From NCBI GenBank assembly GCA_964594665.1, contig CAZQNY010000005.1, positions 1 through 61,259 on the forward strand: 61,259 nucleotides of DNA, written 5' to 3'. This document shows, piece after piece, positions 1 to 7,273 of the stretch; position 1 is the first letter of the stretch; each line of letters begins with the position of its first letter. Source of the stretch: an uncultured Bacteroidales bacterium. GTDB lineage: Bacteria; Bacteroidota; Bacteroidia; Bacteroidales; BM520. The notes under the pieces are model-generated. The model saw only the letters and a program-made list of their open reading frames with translations. It made no database searches and was not told the DNA's origin. A program made the translations under genes and the position numbers.

Positions 1-179
1 TTATATATCAAGGGATAATTAAGATAAACTCTGCGTTATTTATTTTAAAAAACCACGTGACCCGTCTTCCTCTTCCCTCTTTCCTCCATCTTCGTAAATC
101 GTTCTTCCGGCCCGCAGGTATAATATTGATGTGTTTCTTCTGTTGTTAAAACGGCTGCAATTGATAATAACTAAAGTAT

Positions 180-187
180 TACATTTG
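180..187 (+). promoter_or_regulatory. Bacteroidetes -7 element (TACATTTG) just upstream of the GSCFA gene
   Basis: Matches TAnnTTTG and ends 5 nt before the ATG at 193; no clear -33 element. Confidence 0.35.
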
Positions 188-192
188 ATGTT

Positions 193-1203
193 ATGAAAAT
201 TCGTAATACAACCGGTACTTTTCGAACCACATTTGAAATCCCTGTGTCGTCAGAAAAATATTTATTTGACCAAAGCTCTTTGTGGACAGGATCCTGTTTT
301 ACAGAGAACCTCGGGAACTTTTTTGAAAATCACGCTTTCAGGGCAATTGTTAACCCTTTCGGGATTCTTTATAATCCTGCCTCAATACATTGTTCGTTGA
401 CAAGGATACTTAACCGGGATTTTTATACCGGAGAGGAGTTTGCTTTTTTTAATGATAAATATGTAAGTTTCGATCACCATGGCAGCTTTTCCAATGTTGA
501 TAAACAAATCATGACCGACACCATTAATGCACAAATTACCCGGTCGTATGATGCATTAACAAACGGTAGCTGGTTGTTTGTGACTTTTGGAACTGCTTGG
601 GCTTTTCGGACTGTTGCAAACAATAAAATAGTTGCAAATTGTCATAAAATGCCCTCATCAGCATTTGAACGCATATTATTACCCTTCGATACCCTTGTTT
701 CTCAATGGAGTGATCTGATTCAGAAAATCCATAAAAACAACGGAAACCTGAAGATTGTCTTTACTGTAAGCCCTGTCAGGCACTGGCGCGATGGAGCTGT
801 GAACAACCAGCAATCAAAGGCATTGCTCATAAATCTGGTGCATGAGCTTACCCGCGCATTCCATTTTGTTTCGTATTTCCCTGCCTACGAAATTATGATG
901 GATGACCTTCGTGATTATCGCTTTTATGCCGATGATATGCTTCATCCTTCCCCGGTTGCTGTGGAATATATACGAGAGCGATTTATGGAAACTTACCTTG
1001 ATAATACAGCCAGAGATATTCTGAGTGATATCTCTCCGGTGGTAAAGGCATCCGGGCATACAATAATGAATCCGGAATCTGATGACGGTAAATCGTTTAT
1101 TTATAAACAATTAGATGTTATTCACTGGCTAAAAGAAAAATACCCAACCCTTTCCCTGAATGTTCTGGAGGAGCATTTTAAGGCATTACTGCATAGCCGG
1201 TAA
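193..1203 (+). CDS. GSCFA domain protein (SGNH-hydrolase-like)
   Basis: WTGSCFTEN, NPFGILYNP, FTVSPVRHWRDG, YFPAYEIMMDDLRDYRFY and DMLHPS motifs typical of the family. Confidence 0.9.
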   Translation: MKIRNTTGTFRTTFEIPVSSEKYLFDQSSLWTGSCFTENLGNFFENHAFRAIVNPFGILYNPASIHCSLTRILNRDFYTGEEFAFFNDKYVSFDHHGSFSNVDKQIMTDTINAQITRSYDALTNGSWLFVTFGTAWAFRTVANNKIVANCHKMPSSAFERILLPFDTLVSQWSDLIQKIHKNNGNLKIVFTVSPVRHWRDGAVNNQQSKALLINLVHELTRAFHFVSYFPAYEIMMDDLRDYRFYADDMLHPSPVAVEYIRERFMETYLDNTARDILSDISPVVKASGHTIMNPESDDGKSFIYKQLDVIHWLKEKYPTLSLNVLEEHFKALLHSR

Positions 1204-1241
1204 TTTATTTCTAATCTAAATAATTTTAATATTGATATATT

Positions 1242-1249
1242 TATATTTG
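1242..1249 (+). promoter_or_regulatory. Candidate -7 element (TATATTTG) for the polyferredoxin gene
   Basis: Exact TAnnTTTG in an AT-rich gap, 30 nt before the ATG at 1280. Confidence 0.5.
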
Positions 1250-1279
1250 TAGATATAAAACAAGCAGTTTCCCAAACAG

Positions 1280-3448
1280 ATGCAGGTAGACAGAAGAGAT
1301 TTTATAAGAGTAAGTTCGAAAATCGCCGTTGGTAGTGCGACGGTATCAACATTACCGGTACTTACCCAATGTACAAAGGCCGTTTTTGATGTTTATAACA
1401 TAGATCCTGATTTATGTATAGGATGCGGTGACTGCATTCCTGCGTGCTATTATAAGGCGCTGGAATTACCTGTGGAAACCCAATACACCATCGAGAAGGA
1501 GTCGTGTACAGAGTGCGGTAAATGCCGTGATGTTTGTCATGATGATGCCATTACAGTATGTGGCGTTGATTACCGGATTGATAAGGAGAAGTGTACGGAT
1601 TGTGGGCGATGTGTATCAACATGTGAGCATGATGCAATTAAAATAGCGTATGTTTATTACAATATTGACGAAGAGCTGTGCCGCGATTGTGGGAAGTGTG
1701 TGGATGTTTGTCCTGAGGATGCCATAAATATTAGTCCCGCGCTGCATAATATAATACCTGAGGCCTGCCGCGACTGCGGGCTGTGCGTCGATCGGTGTCC
1801 TGAGAATGCTATTCATGTCAGCGTTGTGGAGCATGATATAAACCGTGAAACATGCCGTGATTGTGGCGAATGTGTGCCACATTGTGAATACGGTGCCTTG
1901 AAAGTGTCGGTTGTAAACCATGCCATAAACAAGGAGCTGTGTACCGACTGTGGCGAGTGTATGCCAAAATGTGATGAGCATGCCATTAGTATTGCTGTAA
2001 AACAACATTATATCGACCGGCAGGAGTGTATTGATTGTGGTGAATGTGAAGAAAAGTGTGAAGAGAATGCCATAAATATATCTGTTATAACTCATGATAT
2101 AGACACAGATAATTGTATTGAGTGTGGATTATGCGCACCGCTATGCCCTGAAGAGGCTATTGAAATTTCCGTAAGCGATTACGATATAAACAGTAATTGT
2201 GTGGGTTGTGGCGAATGTAAGGAGGCCTGCGAAGAGGAGGGTGCTTCATGTATTTCCTGGGTGAATGGAATTAATTATTACATTGTGGGTTCAAACTGTC
2301 ATTGCGGTGGAAAGCCCTGTGTGTCGAATTGCCCGGAAAATGCTGTTACCATTGTAAATAACAAAGCCGTTATAAATCATGATTTGTGTACCCGTTGTGG
2401 AATCTGCGCCGATGTTTGTCCTAAAAGTGCTATTACTCCCTGTAAGGTTCAGATTGATCAAACCGATTGTATTCATTGTGGAGCCTGTTATGATGAATGT
2501 GAATACGATGCTGTTACCCGCCATGTTCCTCCCAATTATCATGAACCACGGATTAATACCGATAAATGTACCAACTGTAACGACTGTATAACGCTTGGTT
2601 TTTGCGATAAAGATGCTATTGTACGTACGATACCTTCCAATTACCAGGATCCGTTTATTGATATAAACAAGTGTACAAATTGCGGGGATTGCATTACAGA
2701 TAACTTTTGTGATAAGGGAGCCATAAAAGTGGAGGATCCGGTACCCTACCACGATCCGGTGATCCTTTCGGATAAATGTACCAACTGCGGTGATTGTATC
2801 GAAGACTCCTTCTGTCCGCATAATGCAATTTACAAGGATGTTCCTCAGGATTATCATGCTCCGTATATCGATAAATCGTTGTGTGTGAATTGCGATGAGT
2901 GCGTGCTCGACAATTATTGCCCCTATAGCAGTATTGAGCGAATTGTGCCTCCTGATTATAATCAGCCGTTTATTGATGAAGATGCCTGTACACAGTGTGA
3001 TGAGTGTGTGCGCGATGCATTTTGTGATTTTGATGCTATCGAAAAACAATACCCGTCGGGTTACCATGAGCCGGTCGTGGAGCTTAATAAGTGTACTAAA
3101 TGCGGTGAGTGTGTGACTTCCGAAGTGTGTGAATGGGATGCCATCAGTCGTGTGGAACCAACGGAATACCATGAGCCTTTTATCGACCAGGAGACCTGTA
3201 CCGATTGTGGAGATTGTTATAAAGCTGAGGTCTGTGAAGAGGGAGCTATTCTTAAGCTTTTGCCGGAGAATTATGTGTCACCCTTTATCGATAACGATAA
3301 ATGTACCAGTTGCGGCGACTGTTGGGGCTCTTGTGAAGATGATGCCCTGAAACGTGATCTTCATCGGGCTGTCATTGACCCGACGCTATGTATGGCCTGT
3401 GGAAAATGCGAAATCCTTTGTCCGGTAGGCGCTATTAGTGAGAAATGA
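1280..3448 (+). CDS. Tat-signal (probably lipoprotein) polyferredoxin with 22 ferredoxin-type four-Cys motifs
   Basis: N-terminal DRRDFIR twin-arginine motif and LTQC31; 14 CxxCxxCxxxC, 7 CxxCxxCxxxxxC and 1 CxCxxxxCxxxC motifs; 92 Cys in 722 aa by manual count. Confidence 0.9.
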   Translation: MQVDRRDFIRVSSKIAVGSATVSTLPVLTQCTKAVFDVYNIDPDLCIGCGDCIPACYYKALELPVETQYTIEKESCTECGKCRDVCHDDAITVCGVDYRIDKEKCTDCGRCVSTCEHDAIKIAYVYYNIDEELCRDCGKCVDVCPEDAINISPALHNIIPEACRDCGLCVDRCPENAIHVSVVEHDINRETCRDCGECVPHCEYGALKVSVVNHAINKELCTDCGECMPKCDEHAISIAVKQHYIDRQECIDCGECEEKCEENAINISVITHDIDTDNCIECGLCAPLCPEEAIEISVSDYDINSNCVGCGECKEACEEEGASCISWVNGINYYIVGSNCHCGGKPCVSNCPENAVTIVNNKAVINHDLCTRCGICADVCPKSAITPCKVQIDQTDCIHCGACYDECEYDAVTRHVPPNYHEPRINTDKCTNCNDCITLGFCDKDAIVRTIPSNYQDPFIDINKCTNCGDCITDNFCDKGAIKVEDPVPYHDPVILSDKCTNCGDCIEDSFCPHNAIYKDVPQDYHAPYIDKSLCVNCDECVLDNYCPYSSIERIVPPDYNQPFIDEDACTQCDECVRDAFCDFDAIEKQYPSGYHEPVVELNKCTKCGECVTSEVCEWDAISRVEPTEYHEPFIDQETCTDCGDCYKAEVCEEGAILKLLPENYVSPFIDNDKCTSCGDCWGSCEDDALKRDLHRAVIDPTLCMACGKCEILCPVGAISEK
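1505..2197 (+). repeat. Intragenic repeat block A: 8 units, about 29 aa (87 nt) period
   Basis: Motifs 2-9: CxxCGxCxxxC plus an 18-aa linker (17 aa in the last unit), consensus near xxxAIxVSVxxHxIxxEx. Confidence 0.85.
2468..3301 (+). repeat. Intragenic repeat block B: 8 units with 22-aa linkers, 35 aa (105 nt) period for motifs 14-20
   Basis: Motifs 13-20, linker consensus near xxDAIxRxxPxxYHxPFIDxxK; near-identical DNA gataaatgtaccaactg at about 2561 and 2771. Confidence 0.85.
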
Positions 3449-3493
3449 TTACCTTAGTACACCTCAAATTTGTACTAACTCAATTTACTTACC

Positions 3494-4840
3494 ATGAAGA
3501 ATATTTTTTTCACCGTGAGCATGCTCATTAGTGTAATGATTGTTTTTGCTCAGCAGGACACATCAGAAATACCGGATAATGTTAAAACCGGATGGACTTT
3601 TGGTGCCCTTCCGGCTATTGCCTATGATACTGATCTGGGTTTTAAATACGGGGCATTGGTAAACTTTTTTTATTATGGTGATGGCACTACTTATCCTAAG
3701 TACCTGCACAGTATTTATTATGAATTAAGCACGACAACCAAAGGCAGTACACTGAGCAAGTTTTATTATGATAGCGATCAGCTAATGAAGAATTATTATC
3801 TCCGTCTTACTGCATCTTTTAATTATATCAAAGACAGGGCTTTTGATTTTTATGGTTTTAATGGTTACAGGAGTTCGTATTATCCTGAGCTGGCAACAAC
3901 CGGTGATACGGAATATCTTTCGCGTATGTTTTATCGTCTGGAACGCAAAAGGACAAATGTAACGGTTGATTTTCAGGGCAGTATTACCAGTGAGCAGTTC
4001 AGATGGATTGCCGGTTTGGGATATTTTAGTTATAACCTGGGTTCTGTTGATATTGAGCGTTTGAATAAAGGAAAATCGGGAGGGGATTTATTGCCCTCCC
4101 AGGATACTGTTCCCGGGTTGTGGGAGAATTATTGTTCATGGGGTGTTATCCCGGAGCAAGAGCAGGAAGGGGGCTCATTCGACCTGTTTAAGCTGGGTGT
4201 TGTATACGATAGCCGGGATAATGAGGCAAACCCACAGCGAGGGGTTTGGACTGAGGCAATTTTATCCGCTTCTTCAGGTATGGTAGGTTCTTTTGGTAAG
4301 CCTTTTTCGAAATTCACCTTTACGCACCGCCAGTATTTTACCTTGTGGCCCGATCATCTTACATTTGCTTATCGTTTGGGCTATCAGCAAACACTGTCAG
4401 GGACATCACCGCATTATTTTGAGCCCTTCATGGCCAGTAGCTGGCCGGGGTCGGCATATAGTGAGGGCCTTGGAGGATCCAGAAGCCTGAGAGGCGTGAT
4501 GCGCAACCGCGTTGTGGGTAATGGAACTGGTTATGCTAATTTTGAACTCAGGTATAAAGTTTTTAAAACGGTTATTTTTAATCAAAACCTCTATATTGCG
4601 CTTACTCCGTTCCTTGATTTGGGCCGGGTTTTTGTCCCTTATGACATTGATACTGAAAATGTTCCTGCTGATGAATATAACAGGTGGTTTACTGATGAGG
4701 AAGGCTTGCATGCCGGAGCAGGAGCCGGTATTTATATAGCCCTTAATGAGAACTTTATTCTTGCCGTTAACCATGGGCGTGCATTGGATTCCCGTGATGG
4801 AACAGCAGGAACCTATATCAATATCGGATTCTTGTTTTAA
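3494..4840 (+). CDS. Omp85/BamA-TamA-family outer-membrane beta-barrel without POTRA domains
   Basis: Sec signal ending VFA/QQ; VYDSRDNEANPQRG and GLGGSRSLRG (loop-6 VRGF-like) motifs; C-terminal beta-signal YINIGFLF; barrel starts right after the signal. Confidence 0.8.
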   Translation: MKNIFFTVSMLISVMIVFAQQDTSEIPDNVKTGWTFGALPAIAYDTDLGFKYGALVNFFYYGDGTTYPKYLHSIYYELSTTTKGSTLSKFYYDSDQLMKNYYLRLTASFNYIKDRAFDFYGFNGYRSSYYPELATTGDTEYLSRMFYRLERKRTNVTVDFQGSITSEQFRWIAGLGYFSYNLGSVDIERLNKGKSGGDLLPSQDTVPGLWENYCSWGVIPEQEQEGGSFDLFKLGVVYDSRDNEANPQRGVWTEAILSASSGMVGSFGKPFSKFTFTHRQYFTLWPDHLTFAYRLGYQQTLSGTSPHYFEPFMASSWPGSAYSEGLGGSRSLRGVMRNRVVGNGTGYANFELRYKVFKTVIFNQNLYIALTPFLDLGRVFVPYDIDTENVPADEYNRWFTDEEGLHAGAGAGIYIALNENFILAVNHGRALDSRDGTAGTYINIGFLF

Positions 4841-4845
4841 CTTTG
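4838..4845 (+). promoter_or_regulatory. Candidate -7 element (TAACTTTG, followed by CA) for the que genes
   Basis: Exact TAnnTTTG overlapping the barrel stop codon, 21 nt before the queD ATG. Confidence 0.5.
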
Positions 4846-4866
4846 CAGCTGGAAAAAATATAAATT

Positions 4867-5442
4867 ATGAAAATACGTAAGGCTTTTCGTTTTGAAGGAG
4901 CTCATATTGTGCGCAATTGCTCTTCGCAACGCTGTAAATATAATATCCACGGGCATTCCTATGGTGTTGAGGTTACTATTGAATCCAATCAGCTTGATAA
5001 TGGCTATATGGTTATGGATTTTATGTTACTTGATAAGGTAAAGCTGCTTGTGGATAGCTTTGATCATTCCTACAGTTTGTGGGATCGTGAATCGGATGAT
5101 TTTAAATCGTGGATCCATGCCAATACACAGCGCGTAGCCGAAATACCCATTTCTCCTTCTGCCGAAGGGTATGCACTTATGTTTTATTTTATTATTGATA
5201 AGATTTTGGAAAATACGGTTTTCCGTAATGGCGAGGGGCTCATCAGGCTGCATTCCGTTAAAGTACATGAAACAAGTACCGGTTTTGCTGAGGCCTTCAG
5301 GGAGGATCTTAATCTTGTAAAATTTACTCTTGAGGATATACAGTTTTCTTCACCTATTCATGATGAGTGGCCCTCAGACTGGTGGGGAGATTTAAAATCA
5401 GGTAAGAAATATAATAATCCGGAGGTGGAACAGAATCTGTAA
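4867..5442 (+). CDS. queD: 6-carboxy-5,6,7,8-tetrahydropterin synthase, long QueD2-like form
   Basis: FEGAHIVRNC, CKYNIHGHSY (Cx4HGH), FDHS and VHET motifs; next to queE and queF. Confidence 0.85.
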   Translation: MKIRKAFRFEGAHIVRNCSSQRCKYNIHGHSYGVEVTIESNQLDNGYMVMDFMLLDKVKLLVDSFDHSYSLWDRESDDFKSWIHANTQRVAEIPISPSAEGYALMFYFIIDKILENTVFRNGEGLIRLHSVKVHETSTGFAEAFREDLNLVKFTLEDIQFSSPIHDEWPSDWWGDLKSGKKYNNPEVEQNL

Positions 5443-6257
5443 TGCAGGGCAGTGAGAATGCCATATTGCGTTTGGCCCGGGAAGGGTTGTTCCCTGTTGT
5501 TGAGGACGGAAAGACGGCCTCTACAGGGTTGTCGGTTTCGGGCACATTGCAGGGTGAGGGTAAGCTGGCGGGAATGCCATCTCTTTTTCTTCGGCTTTTC
5601 GGCTGTAATCTTAACTGCCACTGGAGGCTGCCCGATGGAACTATCTCTCCGTGTGATACTCCTTCAGCAATTCAGTCGGGCATGCCCGTTACAAAGGTTC
5701 CGGCAGAGGATCTTGCCCGTCGTGTAGCCCAAAACCTTGGTGCCATTTCACATTTGGTTATTACCGGTGGTGAACCTGTTTTACAGGCTGACAGCCTGGT
5801 TGTTTTTCTGGATTATCTGCATCATTACAACCCTTTGGTGAAGGTAACCATGGAGACCAATGGTACACTTTTTTGTGAACCTCTTGCTCAACGGCTTAAC
5901 CTGGTAAGTATTAGTCCTAAACTTGACTCTGCTGATGCTATGGGCACAATGCACCGCGAAACAAGAATTAATACAGCTGTTTTGCAGGATTATCTTGATT
6001 ATCGAAATTCCAACCCTGCCATGGATTTGCAGCTTAAGTTTGTTATTGCTTCTGAAGAAGATGAAAAACAGGTGATCACAATTCTGGATACCCTACATGG
6101 TTATTCCGGCGATGATATTTTGTTAATGCCATTGGGCTCGGATACTGCAGAGCTTGCACAAACAACAACAACCGTTGTTGGTATGGCTATCCGCAATGGA
6201 TGGCGTTTTGCGCCCCGAATGCATATTGCCTTGTTTGGCTGTGGTGAAGGGGTATAA
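5442..6257 (+). CDS. queE: 7-carboxy-7-deazaguanine synthase (radical SAM) with expanded Cys motif
   Basis: TLQGEG, FLRLFGCNLNC...PCDT, VITGGEP, METNGT, SISPKL and LKFVI motifs; TAATG overlap with queD. Confidence 0.85.
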   Translation: MQGSENAILRLAREGLFPVVEDGKTASTGLSVSGTLQGEGKLAGMPSLFLRLFGCNLNCHWRLPDGTISPCDTPSAIQSGMPVTKVPAEDLARRVAQNLGAISHLVITGGEPVLQADSLVVFLDYLHHYNPLVKVTMETNGTLFCEPLAQRLNLVSISPKLDSADAMGTMHRETRINTAVLQDYLDYRNSNPAMDLQLKFVIASEEDEKQVITILDTLHGYSGDDILLMPLGSDTAELAQTTTTVVGMAIRNGWRFAPRMHIALFGCGEGV

Positions 6258-6268
6258 ATAATTGAATT

Positions 6269-7138
6269 ATGGAAGAAAACCTTACCCATCTGGGGCAACG
6301 TTCGGGATACCCTCAGCAGTATGACCCTTCAGTGCTGGAGCCTGTCCCGAGAAGCATTAATCGTACTGCATATGGCATCGACGACTCGACACCCGGTTTT
6401 CTGGGCTTTGATGTGTGGCATGCATGGGAAGTAAGTTTCCTCACCCGCAGGGGAATGCCTGTTGTCGGGGTGTTGAAGATTATTATCCCTCAAAGCAGTC
6501 CGTTTATTGTTGAAAGCAAGTCGTTGAAGCTATATCTTAACTCCTTTAATATGACCCGTATGGGGAATACAAAGCAGGAGGGTATTAAATTGCTTGTTGC
6601 AACGGTTCAGAATGACCTTGACAGGATCCTTGAATCCTTGCCTACAGTCGCTTTTTTCGACGGCCCTGATGAGGCAGAGAATGATTTTGTTCATTGGGAG
6701 CTTCTTGAGGAGAAGTATGATTTCTCGGATCTGGACTTTACACATTTTAATGAATCGCCGGAAGTATTGGTTGGGGACAATGGTATAAAAGCATTTCAGC
6801 TGGGCAGTCATTTATTACGTAGCAATTGCAAAGTTACGTTCCAGCCCGACTGGGGTTCGGTTTTTATAACCTTTAAGGGCGACAGGGGCCCGGCTCCGGA
6901 GGCCTTGATGCGCTATCTGGTGAGTTTCCGGAATGAGAATCATTTTCATGAAGAGGTATGTGAGATGATTTATAAACGCCTGTGGGATGCGTATCATCCT
7001 GAAGAACTGGGCGTGGCATGCCTTTACACACGCCGCGGAGGTATTGATATCTCTCCGGTCAGGGTTTCTTCTCCGGCATTGTTGCCCGATACGTTGCTTA
7101 GCCCCCGGGTACTTGGAAATAAACTCTACAGAGGTTAG
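6269..7138 (+). CDS. queF: NADPH-dependent preQ0 reductase, long two-domain form
   Basis: VESKSLKLYLNSF, LRSNCKVTFQPDWGSV (catalytic Cys/Asp), HFHEEVCE and YTRRGGIDI motifs. Confidence 0.92.
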   Translation: MEENLTHLGQRSGYPQQYDPSVLEPVPRSINRTAYGIDDSTPGFLGFDVWHAWEVSFLTRRGMPVVGVLKIIIPQSSPFIVESKSLKLYLNSFNMTRMGNTKQEGIKLLVATVQNDLDRILESLPTVAFFDGPDEAENDFVHWELLEEKYDFSDLDFTHFNESPEVLVGDNGIKAFQLGSHLLRSNCKVTFQPDWGSVFITFKGDRGPAPEALMRYLVSFRNENHFHEEVCEMIYKRLWDAYHPEELGVACLYTRRGGIDISPVRVSSPALLPDTLLSPRVLGNKLYRG

Positions 7139-7273
7139 TCCCTGATTTCTTTACAATTCCTTAATTTGCAAACGATTGCATACTTTTTTCCGTTTGCCCT
7201 GCACTTTTGTCCTGTAAATTTGTTTTATCTTAGTAAGCTCAAAAATTTTAATAATAATTAGAACAATATACTT

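Noticed and set aside
55-150. Pyrimidine-rich tract and short minus-strand frames near the window start
   Set aside because: No convincing start or protein motif; the context is cut by the window edge.
1221-1250. Fur, FNR or Zur box upstream of the polyferredoxin
   Set aside because: Only partial matches (e.g. TTGAT half-site) in very AT-rich DNA, which is expected by chance.
2291-3172. 293-aa antisense ORF inside the polyferredoxin
   Set aside because: A shadow of the repeated coding strand, with no recognisable motifs.
1505-3301. Repeats as a CRISPR array or non-coding tandem array
   Set aside because: The repeats are degenerate at DNA level, in frame and conserved as protein; there are no identical repeats with unique spacers and no cas genes.
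4841-4866. preQ1 riboswitch upstream of queD
   Set aside because: The gap is only 26 nt and has no preQ1 stem-loop or A-rich pseudoknot tail; none is seen at 1204-1279 either.
1280-6257. Polyferredoxin as electron donor for QueE
   Set aside because: QueE is cytoplasmic while the polyferredoxin has a Tat signal, and the que genes have their own -7 element.
4867-7138. que genes as a 7-deazaguanine DNA-modification (dpd) island
   Set aside because: No dpdA/tgt-like, dpdB-K or queC genes nearby; queF points to the tRNA queuosine route.
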